Assembly: GCA_017881075.1 (NCBI GenBank)
Contig: JADGRH010000001.1
Span: forward strand, 1-57,638
Origin: Minisyncoccota bacterium
GTDB taxonomy: Bacteria; Patescibacteriota; Minisyncoccia; Phycocordibacterales; CAJBRS01
Direction of reading: 5' to 3'
DNA: 57,638 bases
The notes under the pieces were generated by a model. The model was not told where the DNA came from and did not search any database. It saw only the letters and a list, made by a program, of their open reading frames with translations. Position numbers and translations under genes: made by a program. This document shows, piece by piece, positions 26,244 to 34,579 of the stretch. Each line of letters opens with the position of its first letter. Position 1 is the first letter of the stretch.

Positions 26244-27774
26244 CTTTTAGTTTGAATTTTTTGAGAATAATAAGATAGAAGAGTTCTAAATCTTTCCAGT
26301 CTTGCTTCTCAAAGAAACCAAGAAGTCGGTAAGTAATAAAATAGAGTAATGCTGATACCCCCCCTATTAAAAGAAGGGTAATTAAGCTCACTATAAAATA
26401 TCCTAAAAGAATATTTACAGTCCATATGATAAGAGAGGTAATGAGTGTGCCTAAAATTGTCCGTATATAATATTTTTTCCTTTTAGGAAGATTAAGGTAA
26501 CGAGTTTCGGTGTAGTAGAAAAGATAAATTACAGGTAAAACAGATATTAGGTAGGCCCAACTTGCTCCAATAATGCCATATTTTGGCAAGAGAATAAAAA
26601 GAAGCCCAGCATTAAATAAAGCCATTCCTATTGAAGAGTAGATTAATGGTTTTAATTTTCCTAAACCAAGAAGAAAATTTGATAAAGGACCGAATAGGGC
26701 CAGGATAAAATTCGTAAGAGCTAATACAATAAGAACACCGGAAGAATGCTTGGCAAAATCATTATTGAGCCAAAATTGAAGAATTTTATAAGAAAAAGAG
26801 ATTGATGTTATGGTCAAAGCTCCTCCTACGATAGTTATTAAACGAAATGATCGAACATAAAGATTTTCGATACGAGGAATATTTTCACTTCCACTTAATT
26901 GCGAGACTGTCGGGAATAGGCTAATACCTAAAGTATTTGACATGCCGGGAATTTTGGCTGTGACATTTCCTGGAATACTATAATAAGTAAGATTAGTCGG
27001 GCCAACAAAGATAGGTATTATCAGTCTATCAAGTGATGCCAGTGAACCATTAGCAATATTATTAATAAAATTTACAATTCCAAATCTGTAGCAATGTTTA
27101 ATTTCATTTTTATTCCAACCTAATTTAAATGAGATAAGAGGCATTATTTTTTTTGTTACATAAAAAGTTGTAGAAGAAATAAGGATAATTAATATCAGTT
27201 GAGACAAGAAGATTGCACGAAGCGAACCGCCTAGTTTGACCACCAGTAGCATACTAAGACTGGAGAAAGTAACAGACACTAACCCTATCTTATTAATAAT
27301 ATCAAAGCGTTGTAATGCAAAGAGTGTAGCGTTATATGTAGCAGATATGGTTGTAAAGAAAAGGCCACCTCCTGCAATAAGAAATAAAATAGAGTATTGG
27401 TGGTAGGCTGAAAATCTGTCGGGTAAAAAATGATTACCTCCAAAAACAATTAACACTAAAAGTAAATAACCCACAATACCCAGTATAAGAAAAAGAGAGT
27501 TAGCTGATTGTTCTAGACGCTTTATACCCTCCATATCATTTTTTCCGTAATAAAAGGACATATGTTTTGTGACGGCTATTCCTAAGCCAAGATCCAGAAG
27601 TCCAAGTAATGATATAACCGCATTTACAAAAATATAAATTCCATACTCTTTAACTCCAAGGCTGAATATAATAATTGGAGTAACCAGAAGAGTGAAAATC
27701 ATCGGCCAAAGGAAACCTACAATGTTGTATAGGCTATTTTTAAATACTTTAAAGGTTAGAGAACTTTGTTCCAT
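26233..27774 (-). CDS. wzx: Polysaccharide flippase, Wzx/MOP superfamily
   Basis: 513-aa protein with ~12-14 TM helices, located in a glycan locus. Confidence 0.7.
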   Translation of the reverse strand: MEQSSLTFKVFKNSLYNIVGFLWPMIFTLLVTPIIIFSLGVKEYGIYIFVNAVISLLGLLDLGLGIAVTKHMSFYYGKNDMEGIKRLEQSANSLFLILGIVGYLLLVLIVFGGNHFLPDRFSAYHQYSILFLIAGGGLFFTTISATYNATLFALQRFDIINKIGLVSVTFSSLSMLLVVKLGGSLRAIFLSQLILIILISSTTFYVTKKIMPLISFKLGWNKNEIKHCYRFGIVNFINNIANGSLASLDRLIIPIFVGPTNLTYYSIPGNVTAKIPGMSNTLGISLFPTVSQLSGSENIPRIENLYVRSFRLITIVGGALTITSISFSYKILQFWLNNDFAKHSSGVLIVLALTNFILALFGPLSNFLLGLGKLKPLIYSSIGMALFNAGLLFILLPKYGIIGASWAYLISVLPVIYLFYYTETRYLNLPKRKKYYIRTILGTLITSLIIWTVNILLGYFIVSLITLLLIGGVSALLYFITYRLLGFFEKQDWKDLELFYLIILKKFKLKDEN

Positions 27775-28751
27775 TACTTTTTTATCCGATCACTTATCCA
27801 CTCATAAGTCTTAGTTAGACCTACCTCTAGTCTTTGATTTGGACTCCAACCCATTTTTTCTGCGAAGAGTTTATTGTCTGAATTTCTGCCCCGCACTCCT
27901 AATGGTCCGACAATATGTTTAATAGAGAGTTTTTTCCCGGCAATTTTCATCGTCATTTCTGCAAGCTGATTGATGGTTACCATCTCTTCTGATCCGATGT
28001 TAACAGGTCCGGTAAAGTCTGACTCCATCAATCTCCTAACTCCCTCTAAACACTCATCTATATAAAGAAAGGAACGAGTTTGCTTGCCATCACCCCATAT
28101 TTCAATTTCACCACCATCTTTAGTTTCAGCCACTTTACGACAAATGGCGGCGGGCGCTTTCTCTCGCCCGCCGCGCCATGTTCCATTTGGGCCGAAGATA
28201 TTATGGAATCTAGCAATGCGAACATTCAAACCGTAATTACGATGGAAGGCTAAATATAGTCTCTCGCTAAAAAGCTTCTCCCAGCCATATTCACTATCCG
28301 GAGCGGCAGGGTAGGCTGATTCCTCCGAACACTTTGGATTTTCCGGATCTAACTGATTGTATTCTGGATATATGCAAGCTGAGGATGAATAGAAAATCTT
28401 ACCAACTCCGACTTTTTGTGCAATACCGGCAATGTTTAGATTGATGCCAGCGGAATTATGCATAACGTTCGCATCATGATTGCCAGTAAAGATATATCCA
28501 GCCCCTCCCATGTCAGCAGCTAACTGGTAAACCTCATCAAATGGAACATCCAAAACTTTGTGGCAATGAATTTTGTCACAAAGGTCTCCTAATATGAATT
28601 CATCTGCTCTAGTTTGACTGTATTCTGGTTTTTTTATATCGGCGCCACGCACCCAATAGCCCTCATCTTTCAGCCTCTTTACTAGATGACTTCCAATGAA
28701 CCCACCGGCTCCTAGAACCAAGGCCTTTTTGGGATTGTTCATAATGTTCAA
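27774..28751 (-). CDS. gme: GDP-mannose 3,5-epimerase-like NAD-dependent epimerase (SDR)
   Basis: GAGGFIGSHL, AADMGGAGYI, SSACIYPEYNQ, FHNIFGPNGTWRGGREKAPAAICRK and WGDGKQTRSFLYIDECLEG closely track the plant/bacterial GME signature blocks as I recall them. Confidence 0.75.
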   Translation of the reverse strand: MNIMNNPKKALVLGAGGFIGSHLVKRLKDEGYWVRGADIKKPEYSQTRADEFILGDLCDKIHCHKVLDVPFDEVYQLAADMGGAGYIFTGNHDANVMHNSAGINLNIAGIAQKVGVGKIFYSSSACIYPEYNQLDPENPKCSEESAYPAAPDSEYGWEKLFSERLYLAFHRNYGLNVRIARFHNIFGPNGTWRGGREKAPAAICRKVAETKDGGEIEIWGDGKQTRSFLYIDECLEGVRRLMESDFTGPVNIGSEEMVTINQLAEMTMKIAGKKLSIKHIVGPLGVRGRNSDNKLFAEKMGWSPNQRLEVGLTKTYEWISDRIKK

Positions 28752-28835
28752 ATACTATTATATTTTTGCTCCTATATCAATTTTACTTTTTATCGTCATG
28801 ATATGATATATTTATACTTTAATTAATTCAGATTT

Positions 28836-31097
28836 ATGAGCTTAAACAAAGCACTTAGATATACTATTCTTTCCGGGCTCTTTCTGATTCCGTTTGTTGC
28901 TTTATTGGTTAGTACCTCTCTATATTTCCCATACATTACTGGTAAGAATTTTCTTTTTCGAGCTCTGGTGGAAATTATATTTGTCTGCTACGCCGCTCTG
29001 GCCTTTCGTGATCCTCAATATAGACCAAGATGGAAAAGTTCTATCGTTATTTCTCTCTCCATTTTTGTAGTTATTCTTTTTCTGGCCGATATTTTTGGTG
29101 AGCATTTTTACAAAAGTTTCTGGAGTAATTTCGAAAGAATGGAAGGGTTCATTACTTTTCTGCATCTTTTTGCTTTATTTTTCATCTCAACAGTGATGTT
29201 GAATACAGAGACTCTCTGGCGCCGTCTTTTTCATACCTCTTTTGCGGTCGGAATTATCATGGGTTTTATCGGTCTCTATCAGCATTTTCATAATCATATA
29301 GATAGGATTGATGCTCAGTTGGGGAACTCTACTTACCTCGGCGCCCTGATGCTTTTCAATATTTTTCTTTTACTCTTCTATTTGATGAGAACTATTCGGG
29401 AAAGGCGGCCGCCGTGGATTTATGCGGCCGTCGGCTACACCTTAGCTATTATTTTTGATGCCTACATTCTGTTTTTGACTGGAACCCGAGGGGCTTTTCT
29501 TGGCGTTCTGGCCGGCCTCTTTTTCATTGCTCTGATGTTTGCTTTCTTTGAGCGGGAACAAAAGGCGGTTAAATATGCCGGCGTCACCCTCTTATTGTTA
29601 GGAGTGCTCGGCATAGGCTTTCTGGCTGTTTTTAGAAACTCGGATCTGGTGAAAAATAACGTCCTTCTCTCTCGATTCAGCGCTCCCGTTAATGCTGTTC
29701 TAACTTTAGATATTAAAAAATTCGCCGAGACAGAAGGGAAGGGACGTCTCCTAATCTGGCAGGCGGCACTAAAAGGGGTTGCGGAGAGACCTGTCTTAGG
29801 ATGGGGACAGGAGAATTTTAATTACATTTTCAACAAATATTATGACCCTCAAATGTATGATCAAGAGCAGTGGTTTGATAGGAGTCACAACGTCTTTCTG
29901 GATTGGCTGACTCAAGCCGGAGTTCTAGGTCTCCTTAGCTACCTCTCTCTTTTTGGTTTGCTCATATTTGGTATCTGGAAAAAAGGCAGTAATAATTTTT
30001 CGCTTGAAGATAGAGCCATACTCACAGGTCTTTTGATAGCTTACTTCATTCATAATTTTTTCGTCTTTGATAATATTACCAGCTACATTTTCTTCTTCTT
30101 TCTGTTGGCTTATGTCAATCGAAATCGGCAAGATTCCACAATAGAAAAGAAAAAGATGAACATTAATCCGGACATTGCAGATTATGCTCTAACCCCGATT
30201 GCTTTTATTGTAGTAGCTACCGCCTTCTATTTTTCCGTTCTTACTCCATATTTTGCCAGTGCTAAGCTCATTAATGCTTTAACGACACAACAGGCCTCGG
30301 CCAATAACCCTCAAGCTCTTCAGACAAGTTTCGAAGATTACCAGAAGGCCATCTCCTATAACAGTTTCGGTAATCCGGAGATAAGAGAGCAACTACTGCA
30401 GTTTTTGCCACTCGCCGTTTCTTCCGGTGCTGATGATAAGACAAAACAGGCTATAATTAGTTTTGGCCGCACTGAAATGGAGCAAGAGTTGAAAGAAGCT
30501 CCTACTGATGCCCGTTACTTTCTATTTTATGGATACACTCTGGATCACTTTGGTGATTATTCTGAAGCCAATCTCTATCTGGAGCGGGCTCATCAATTGT
30601 CTCCTCATAAACAAACCATTGCTTTTGAGCTTGGCCTCAACTACATCGATCAGAAGAATTTTAACCAAGGACTCTCTATCTTAAAAGAAGCCTATGACTC
30701 TGCTCCGGAGTACCAAGATGCCAAGATTAGTTACGCCATGGGTCTTATCTACACCGGCAAAGATGCCGAGGCGGATGCTTTGCTCAAAACGGCGGATCCA
30801 GTGGTCCTCGGTGACAGCAGATTACTGCGGGCTTATTATGACACCAAACAATATCAGAAAGTGATAGATATATATCACTTAGCCATAAAGAGGGATCCCA
30901 ACAATGTTCAAAATTATCTTGGTGCGACCGCCTTTGAAATGGCCACCAATCAAAAACTGGCTGCCGTTGCCGAACTTCAGAAAGTTGTTGATCTCTTTTC
31001 AACATTGAATGATCCGAATGCTTCAAACGTTGTCCTAGCTGCCAAATCCTACATTGACCAAATCAAGGCGGGTAAGAATCCATTACCTATTAAATAA
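28836..31097 (+). CDS. O-antigen ligase/polymerase-like (Wzy_C) membrane protein with a C-terminal TPR domain
   Basis: About 11 TM helices, the RSHNVFLDWLTQAGVLGLLSY motif, and C-terminal TPR-like repeats (~300 aa). Confidence 0.65.
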   Translation: MSLNKALRYTILSGLFLIPFVALLVSTSLYFPYITGKNFLFRALVEIIFVCYAALAFRDPQYRPRWKSSIVISLSIFVVILFLADIFGEHFYKSFWSNFERMEGFITFLHLFALFFISTVMLNTETLWRRLFHTSFAVGIIMGFIGLYQHFHNHIDRIDAQLGNSTYLGALMLFNIFLLLFYLMRTIRERRPPWIYAAVGYTLAIIFDAYILFLTGTRGAFLGVLAGLFFIALMFAFFEREQKAVKYAGVTLLLLGVLGIGFLAVFRNSDLVKNNVLLSRFSAPVNAVLTLDIKKFAETEGKGRLLIWQAALKGVAERPVLGWGQENFNYIFNKYYDPQMYDQEQWFDRSHNVFLDWLTQAGVLGLLSYLSLFGLLIFGIWKKGSNNFSLEDRAILTGLLIAYFIHNFFVFDNITSYIFFFFLLAYVNRNRQDSTIEKKKMNINPDIADYALTPIAFIVVATAFYFSVLTPYFASAKLINALTTQQASANNPQALQTSFEDYQKAISYNSFGNPEIREQLLQFLPLAVSSGADDKTKQAIISFGRTEMEQELKEAPTDARYFLFYGYTLDHFGDYSEANLYLERAHQLSPHKQTIAFELGLNYIDQKNFNQGLSILKEAYDSAPEYQDAKISYAMGLIYTGKDAEADALLKTADPVVLGDSRLLRAYYDTKQYQKVIDIYHLAIKRDPNNVQNYLGATAFEMATNQKLAAVAELQKVVDLFSTLNDPNASNVVLAAKSYIDQIKAGKNPLPIK

Positions 31098-31186
31098 ACT
31101 TGTATTTCTGGGTCATGTATGCTATACTCTATATATGTGAGAGCTGATTATTAATGAGTTAGCTCATAACAAAGTAAATATCGCAC

Positions 31187-31213
31187 AAAACCCGCCTTCG
31201 GCGGGTTTTGTGT
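31187..31213 (+). terminator. Rho-independent terminator
   Basis: CAAAACCCGCC-ttcg-GGCGGGTTTTGTG. Confidence 0.65.
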
Positions 31214-31342
31214 TCTATTTGAACCCCTTGTTGTATAATGACCATAGGGTTGCTCCAACTGACGGTTAGCGGCTGCACTCACATAGATATTTACTTTGGA
31301 GCTAGCACCCGCTAACCATCAATCGGTGGAACCTTTACCCAA

Positions 31343-32380
31343 ATGAGAGAGTTACTGATAGAAAAGGATGTTTCTCTGGCCCCTCTTACTACCTTTCGGA
31401 TAGGGGGGAGGGCCAAATATTTTGTTAGGGTAAATAATATTGAGGAGTTAAAGGCAGTTCCGACTTTTCTCTCGGAAAGGGAGGGGCTACCTATTTTTAT
31501 TTTAGGTGGCGGCTCAAATATTTTGGTCGGCGATGAGGGGTTTTCTGGATTAGTGATAAAGATGGAATTGAAAGGAGTGGAGTGGAAGGAGGAGAAAAAC
31601 GCCCCTTCGACTTTGCTCAGGGCAGGCGCCGGAGAAGTCTGGGACGAATTAGTGGGAGAAGTGGTTAGTCGCGGTTTCTCCGGAATGGAAAATCTTTCCG
31701 GCATTCCCGGATCGGTCGGTGGATCAGTGGTGCAGAATATCGGCGCCTACGGCGCCGAACTAAAAGACATTCTCCATTCCGTGGAAGTTTTTAATTTAAA
31801 CACAGGCCATCTTGAGACTCTTTCAAATGAGGAATGTCTGTTTGATTATCGTCATAGTGTATTTAAGACAAGTGGCGGCGATGGTCGCATCATCATCGCC
31901 GCCACTCTTCGTCTGAATAAAAGAGGTTTGCCCAATCTGACTTATCGTGACCTAGAAATATATTTTAAAAATCGACCGGCGCCTACGGCGCCGGAAATCC
32001 GCCAAGCCGTTTTAAATATTCGTCAATCCAAATTCCCACCGCTTAGTGAGGTCGGCACCGCCGGCTCCTTCTTCAAAAACCCGATTGTTAGTAGGGAAAA
32101 GTTTCGCCAACTGAGTTCAACTTATCCCGACATGCCAAATTATTTTGTGGATGAAGATAATGTAAAGGTTCCAGCCGCTTGGCTTTTGGATAAAGTCGGA
32201 AACTTTAAAGGAGTCCGCGAAGAGAATGTAGGCTCGTGGCAGAACCAAGCTCTTGTTTTAGTTAATTACGGAAAAGCCAGCGCCAAAGAAATAAAGGCGC
32301 TGGCGAATAAAATGCAAAAAATTATTCAGGATAAAACAGGCATCGCCCTTGAGCCGGAAGTCGGGTTTATTGGAGAGTGA
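31343..32380 (+). CDS. murB: UDP-N-acetylenolpyruvoylglucosamine reductase
   Basis: LAPLTTFRIGGRAKYFV, ILGGGSNIL, and C-terminal AGSFFKNP and AAWLLD. Confidence 0.9.
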   Translation: MRELLIEKDVSLAPLTTFRIGGRAKYFVRVNNIEELKAVPTFLSEREGLPIFILGGGSNILVGDEGFSGLVIKMELKGVEWKEEKNAPSTLLRAGAGEVWDELVGEVVSRGFSGMENLSGIPGSVGGSVVQNIGAYGAELKDILHSVEVFNLNTGHLETLSNEECLFDYRHSVFKTSGGDGRIIIAATLRLNKRGLPNLTYRDLEIYFKNRPAPTAPEIRQAVLNIRQSKFPPLSEVGTAGSFFKNPIVSREKFRQLSSTYPDMPNYFVDEDNVKVPAAWLLDKVGNFKGVREENVGSWQNQALVLVNYGKASAKEIKALANKMQKIIQDKTGIALEPEVGFIGE

Positions 32381-32390
32381 GTTTCGAAAA

Positions 32391-32900
32391 TTAAGCGGCT
32401 TCTTCCAGCTCTGTCGCTTCCTCTCGCTTTCTGTGAGGATTAAGTTCTGTTCGTAAACTAGCCAATCGTAAAGCCTTTTCTTTGCGCAGGGAGCCTTCCA
32501 GTTTAGGATCTTTAAGTTCGCTTTCTAGTTTTTCGATTCTTTTATTAATACCTCGGTTCATCTCTATGAGTGGCTGCAGATCAGGAGTATTTCTATTAAC
32601 TTTAACCTTTCCCTTGACTTCGTTTCGAGACGCCTCTTCCCGCGCTTTCACATAAGCTCTTTCTCCCACTATTTTAGGCTTTCTTGCATCATCTCGTCTC
32701 GCCGCTATTTCAGCCGGAGAAAGGTTATGAAGGTTTTCCGGAGCTTCTGCGGATAGGTCTTCCTGGGTAATATCGGCAGTTGGTATAAAATCAGATTCAA
32801 GCGGATCGAACTTTTTCTCAAACCCTAAATTCTCAGCATTTTCGTCTCCTTGTTCAAATTGTTTAGTCATAGTTTTGCGATTACCTATTAATGACATCAT
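32391..32900 (-). CDS. Hypothetical charged/coiled-coil protein (169 aa)
   Basis: ORF only. Highly charged. Confidence 0.4.
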   Translation of the reverse strand: MMSLIGNRKTMTKQFEQGDENAENLGFEKKFDPLESDFIPTADITQEDLSAEAPENLHNLSPAEIAARRDDARKPKIVGERAYVKAREEASRNEVKGKVKVNRNTPDLQPLIEMNRGINKRIEKLESELKDPKLEGSLRKEKALRLASLRTELNPHRKREEATELEEAA

Positions 32901-33197
32901 GATTACATACTATTCGACTTTTGTTAATGACCTCATTCCAAGATCGATTTGATCCCAAATAATTTTATTTTTTTGAAATTGTTTGTAAATAAATTTATTT
33001 TAGAGAAAAATTTTCGCTTCAGACTTATCCACAACTTTCTTCTCAAAATGATTGCATTCGTCGCTCAATGTAAGATAATTGAAGTAAGGTTCTCAAGATA
33101 ATTTTTAATTCCACTCTGAGGGATGAGCGGGGTCGAAAAATTTTTCTACGAGACAATCGTTAAAAATAAATATTACCGACACAATCGGCAAAATAAT

Positions 33198-33278
33198 ATG
33201 GCAAAAAAGAAAAAGGCTAAGAAAGTCGCAAAGCGAAAGCCAGCTAAGAAGCGAAAAGCTGCAAAACGACGAAGATAG
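33198..33278 (+). CDS. Polybasic micro-protein (26 aa: MAKKKKAKKVAKRKPAKKRKAAKRRR)
   Basis: Own translation. An ATG start and a TAG stop, with a 12-bp GAAA-tetraloop terminator starting 17 nt after the stop codon. It is below the ORF-track cutoff. Confidence 0.35.
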   Translation: MAKKKKAKKVAKRKPAKKRKAAKRRR

Positions 33279-33294
33279 TCTTCGTCCCACTTAA

Positions 33295-33335
33295 GGAAAA
33301 GCCCTCGAAAGAGGGCTTTTCCTTTGGCGTTTTTC
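33295..33335 (+). terminator. Rho-independent terminator
   Basis: GGAAAAGCCCTC-gaaa-GAGGGCTTTTCC followed by a T-rich stretch. Confidence 0.65.
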
Positions 33336-33340
33336 TTAGC

Positions 33341-33370
33341 TTGACAAAAGACTATCAAGTATGGTATAAT
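33341..33370 (+). promoter_or_regulatory. Near-consensus sigma70 promoter (TTGACA, 18 nt, TGgTATAAT) driving the DGR target gene
   Basis: TTGACA at 33341-33346. TATAAT at 33365-33370, preceded by TGg. Confidence 0.65.
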
Positions 33371-33505
33371 ACAGCCAAATAAGGTCTTTGAAATTACTTG
33401 CGAATGGTCATAGCCAAAAGCCTCGATTTCTTCGAGATTTCTGGCTATGACCATAAAGGTCTAGTGTCTGTCTCTAATAGGGATAGATAAACCCACAACC
33501 AGCAG

Positions 33506-34075
33506 TTGAAAGGAAATATTATGAAATACGCAGATGTGACACTCGGTCGTGTCGAAGCAGTTTGGAACAAACTCGGTGGCGAAGAAGGGGTTGATAAACT
33601 CCTTCGCGGAGAACTAACGTTTTCCGAACCGGAAAAGCCAAAACCCGGAACGAACGTTTTCACCGTCACGGTAGACTTCGGACAAACGCTCGAAGAGATG
33701 ATCGCCGCCGGTCGCTACGACTGGAAGAACGACGACATCACTACGAAGCGATTCCCGGTCAAAGGCGAAGGCAAGAAAGAAGTCGAGATCACTGTGGTCC
33801 ACTTCAATCGCGTCATTGAGTCCGACGAGGCAATCAAGGAGATGGATGCGCTGGGTTATCGCCCCGCGACCATTGAAGAACTCTTGGGGTTCGGCAAAGA
33901 GCACCCGGATCTTCAAAGGAGTTTCCCGATCATCGCCCTCGGTTCCGTCGGCGAGGTGCGCGGCCACCGTGGCGTGCCTTACCTCCGCGGGCGCGGCTCC
34001 AGGCGCAACCTCGACCTCCGCTGGTTTGACCATGGGTGGAGTGCCGACTGCCGGTTCGCGTTCGTTCGCAAGTAA
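33506..34075 (+). CDS. DGR variable (target) protein, with the VR at the C-terminus
   Basis: The last 42 codons match the TR except at TR adenines. It has no signal peptide. The track uses a TTG start at 33506. The ATG at 33521 (MKYADV) is preceded by AAAGGA and is more likely. Confidence 0.85.
   Translation: MKGNIMKYADVTLGRVEAVWNKLGGEEGVDKLLRGELTFSEPEKPKPGTNVFTVTVDFGQTLEEMIAAGRYDWKNDDITTKRFPVKGEGKKEVEITVVHFNRVIESDEAIKEMDALGYRPATIEELLGFGKEHPDLQRSFPIIALGSVGEVRGHRGVPYLRGRGSRRNLDLRWFDHGWSADCRFAFVRK
33943..34069 (+). repeat. DGR variable repeat (VR), 127 nt
   Basis: Gap-free alignment to 34445-34571. There are 21 mismatches: 20 at TR adenines and 1 T-to-G that is synonymous (GTT to GTG). Confidence 0.9.
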
Positions 34076-34164
34076 CTCTTAGATCTTTGGTTTCTGGTTC
34101 TTCTTGAATCTTAAACCTTAGCTCTTAGCGATTTTGGTGGCGTATCCACCATAAACTTCAACCT

Positions 34165-34194
34165 CAGCCCTGCGTTTTTCACAACGCGGGGCTG
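34165..34194 (+). terminator. Hairpin/terminator downstream of the target gene
   Basis: CAGCCCTGCGT-ttttcaca-ACGCGGGGCTG followed by AATTTATTT. Confidence 0.45.
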
Positions 34195-34444
34195 AATTTA
34201 TTTATGTATAATAAAGACGAGCAAAAGGTATTGTGTCCGCGGGTACGCTTTCGGACGCCTAGCTCAAGTATCACTTAGTCGGGAATGTTTTTGGGTACGC
34301 TTGAAAACAGAGTGACTATTTAAACTTTCAAAAAATGAAGATACTTGGTGTAGGGTGTTAGGGAATTATGATTCCGAATAAGATACAACCTTTAGAATGC
34401 TACGGAGTATTCAAGAGGTGGTGGCATAGAAGACACTCTCCACA

Positions 34445-34571
34445 TTCCGTCGGCAAGGTTAACGGCAACCGTAACGTGCCTTACCTCAACAGGAACGGCT
34501 CCAAGCGCAACCTCAACCTCAACTGGTTTGACAATAGGTGGAATGCCAACTACCGGTTCGCGTTCGTTCGC
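34445..34571 (+). repeat. DGR template repeat (TR), 127 nt, 31 adenines, rich in AAC/AAT codons
   Basis: In the VR frame it reads ..VGKVNGNRNVPYLNRNGSKRNLNLNWFDNRWNANYRFAFVR. The A-free 3' end CCGGTTCGCGTTCGTTCGC is identical in TR and VR (IMH-like). Confidence 0.9.
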
Positions 34572-34579
34572 TACTCTCT

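Noticed and set aside
31312-31704. 130-aa minus-strand ORF antisense to murB. Similar antisense ORFs occur inside secA, gatB, obg and the GT genes.
   Set aside because: The sense-strand genes have strong family motifs. The antisense translations are low-complexity and have no start context.
33025-33033. Perfect DnaA box TTATCCACA next to a very AT-rich stretch (32950-33010), suggesting oriC.
   Set aside because: I found only one consensus box in the ~300-bp intergenic region. No dnaA or dnaN is nearby and there is no cluster of boxes. This is insufficient for an origin call. It would need GC-skew analysis of the whole genome.
33614-34082. Long ORFs on both strands overlapping the DGR target gene (33614..34033 on the minus strand, 33816..34082 on the plus strand).
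   Set aside because: These are frame and antisense artefacts of a locally GC-rich gene. The translations are Ala/Arg/Gly-rich and have no recognisable motifs. The + strand frame starting at 33506/33521 carries the VR.
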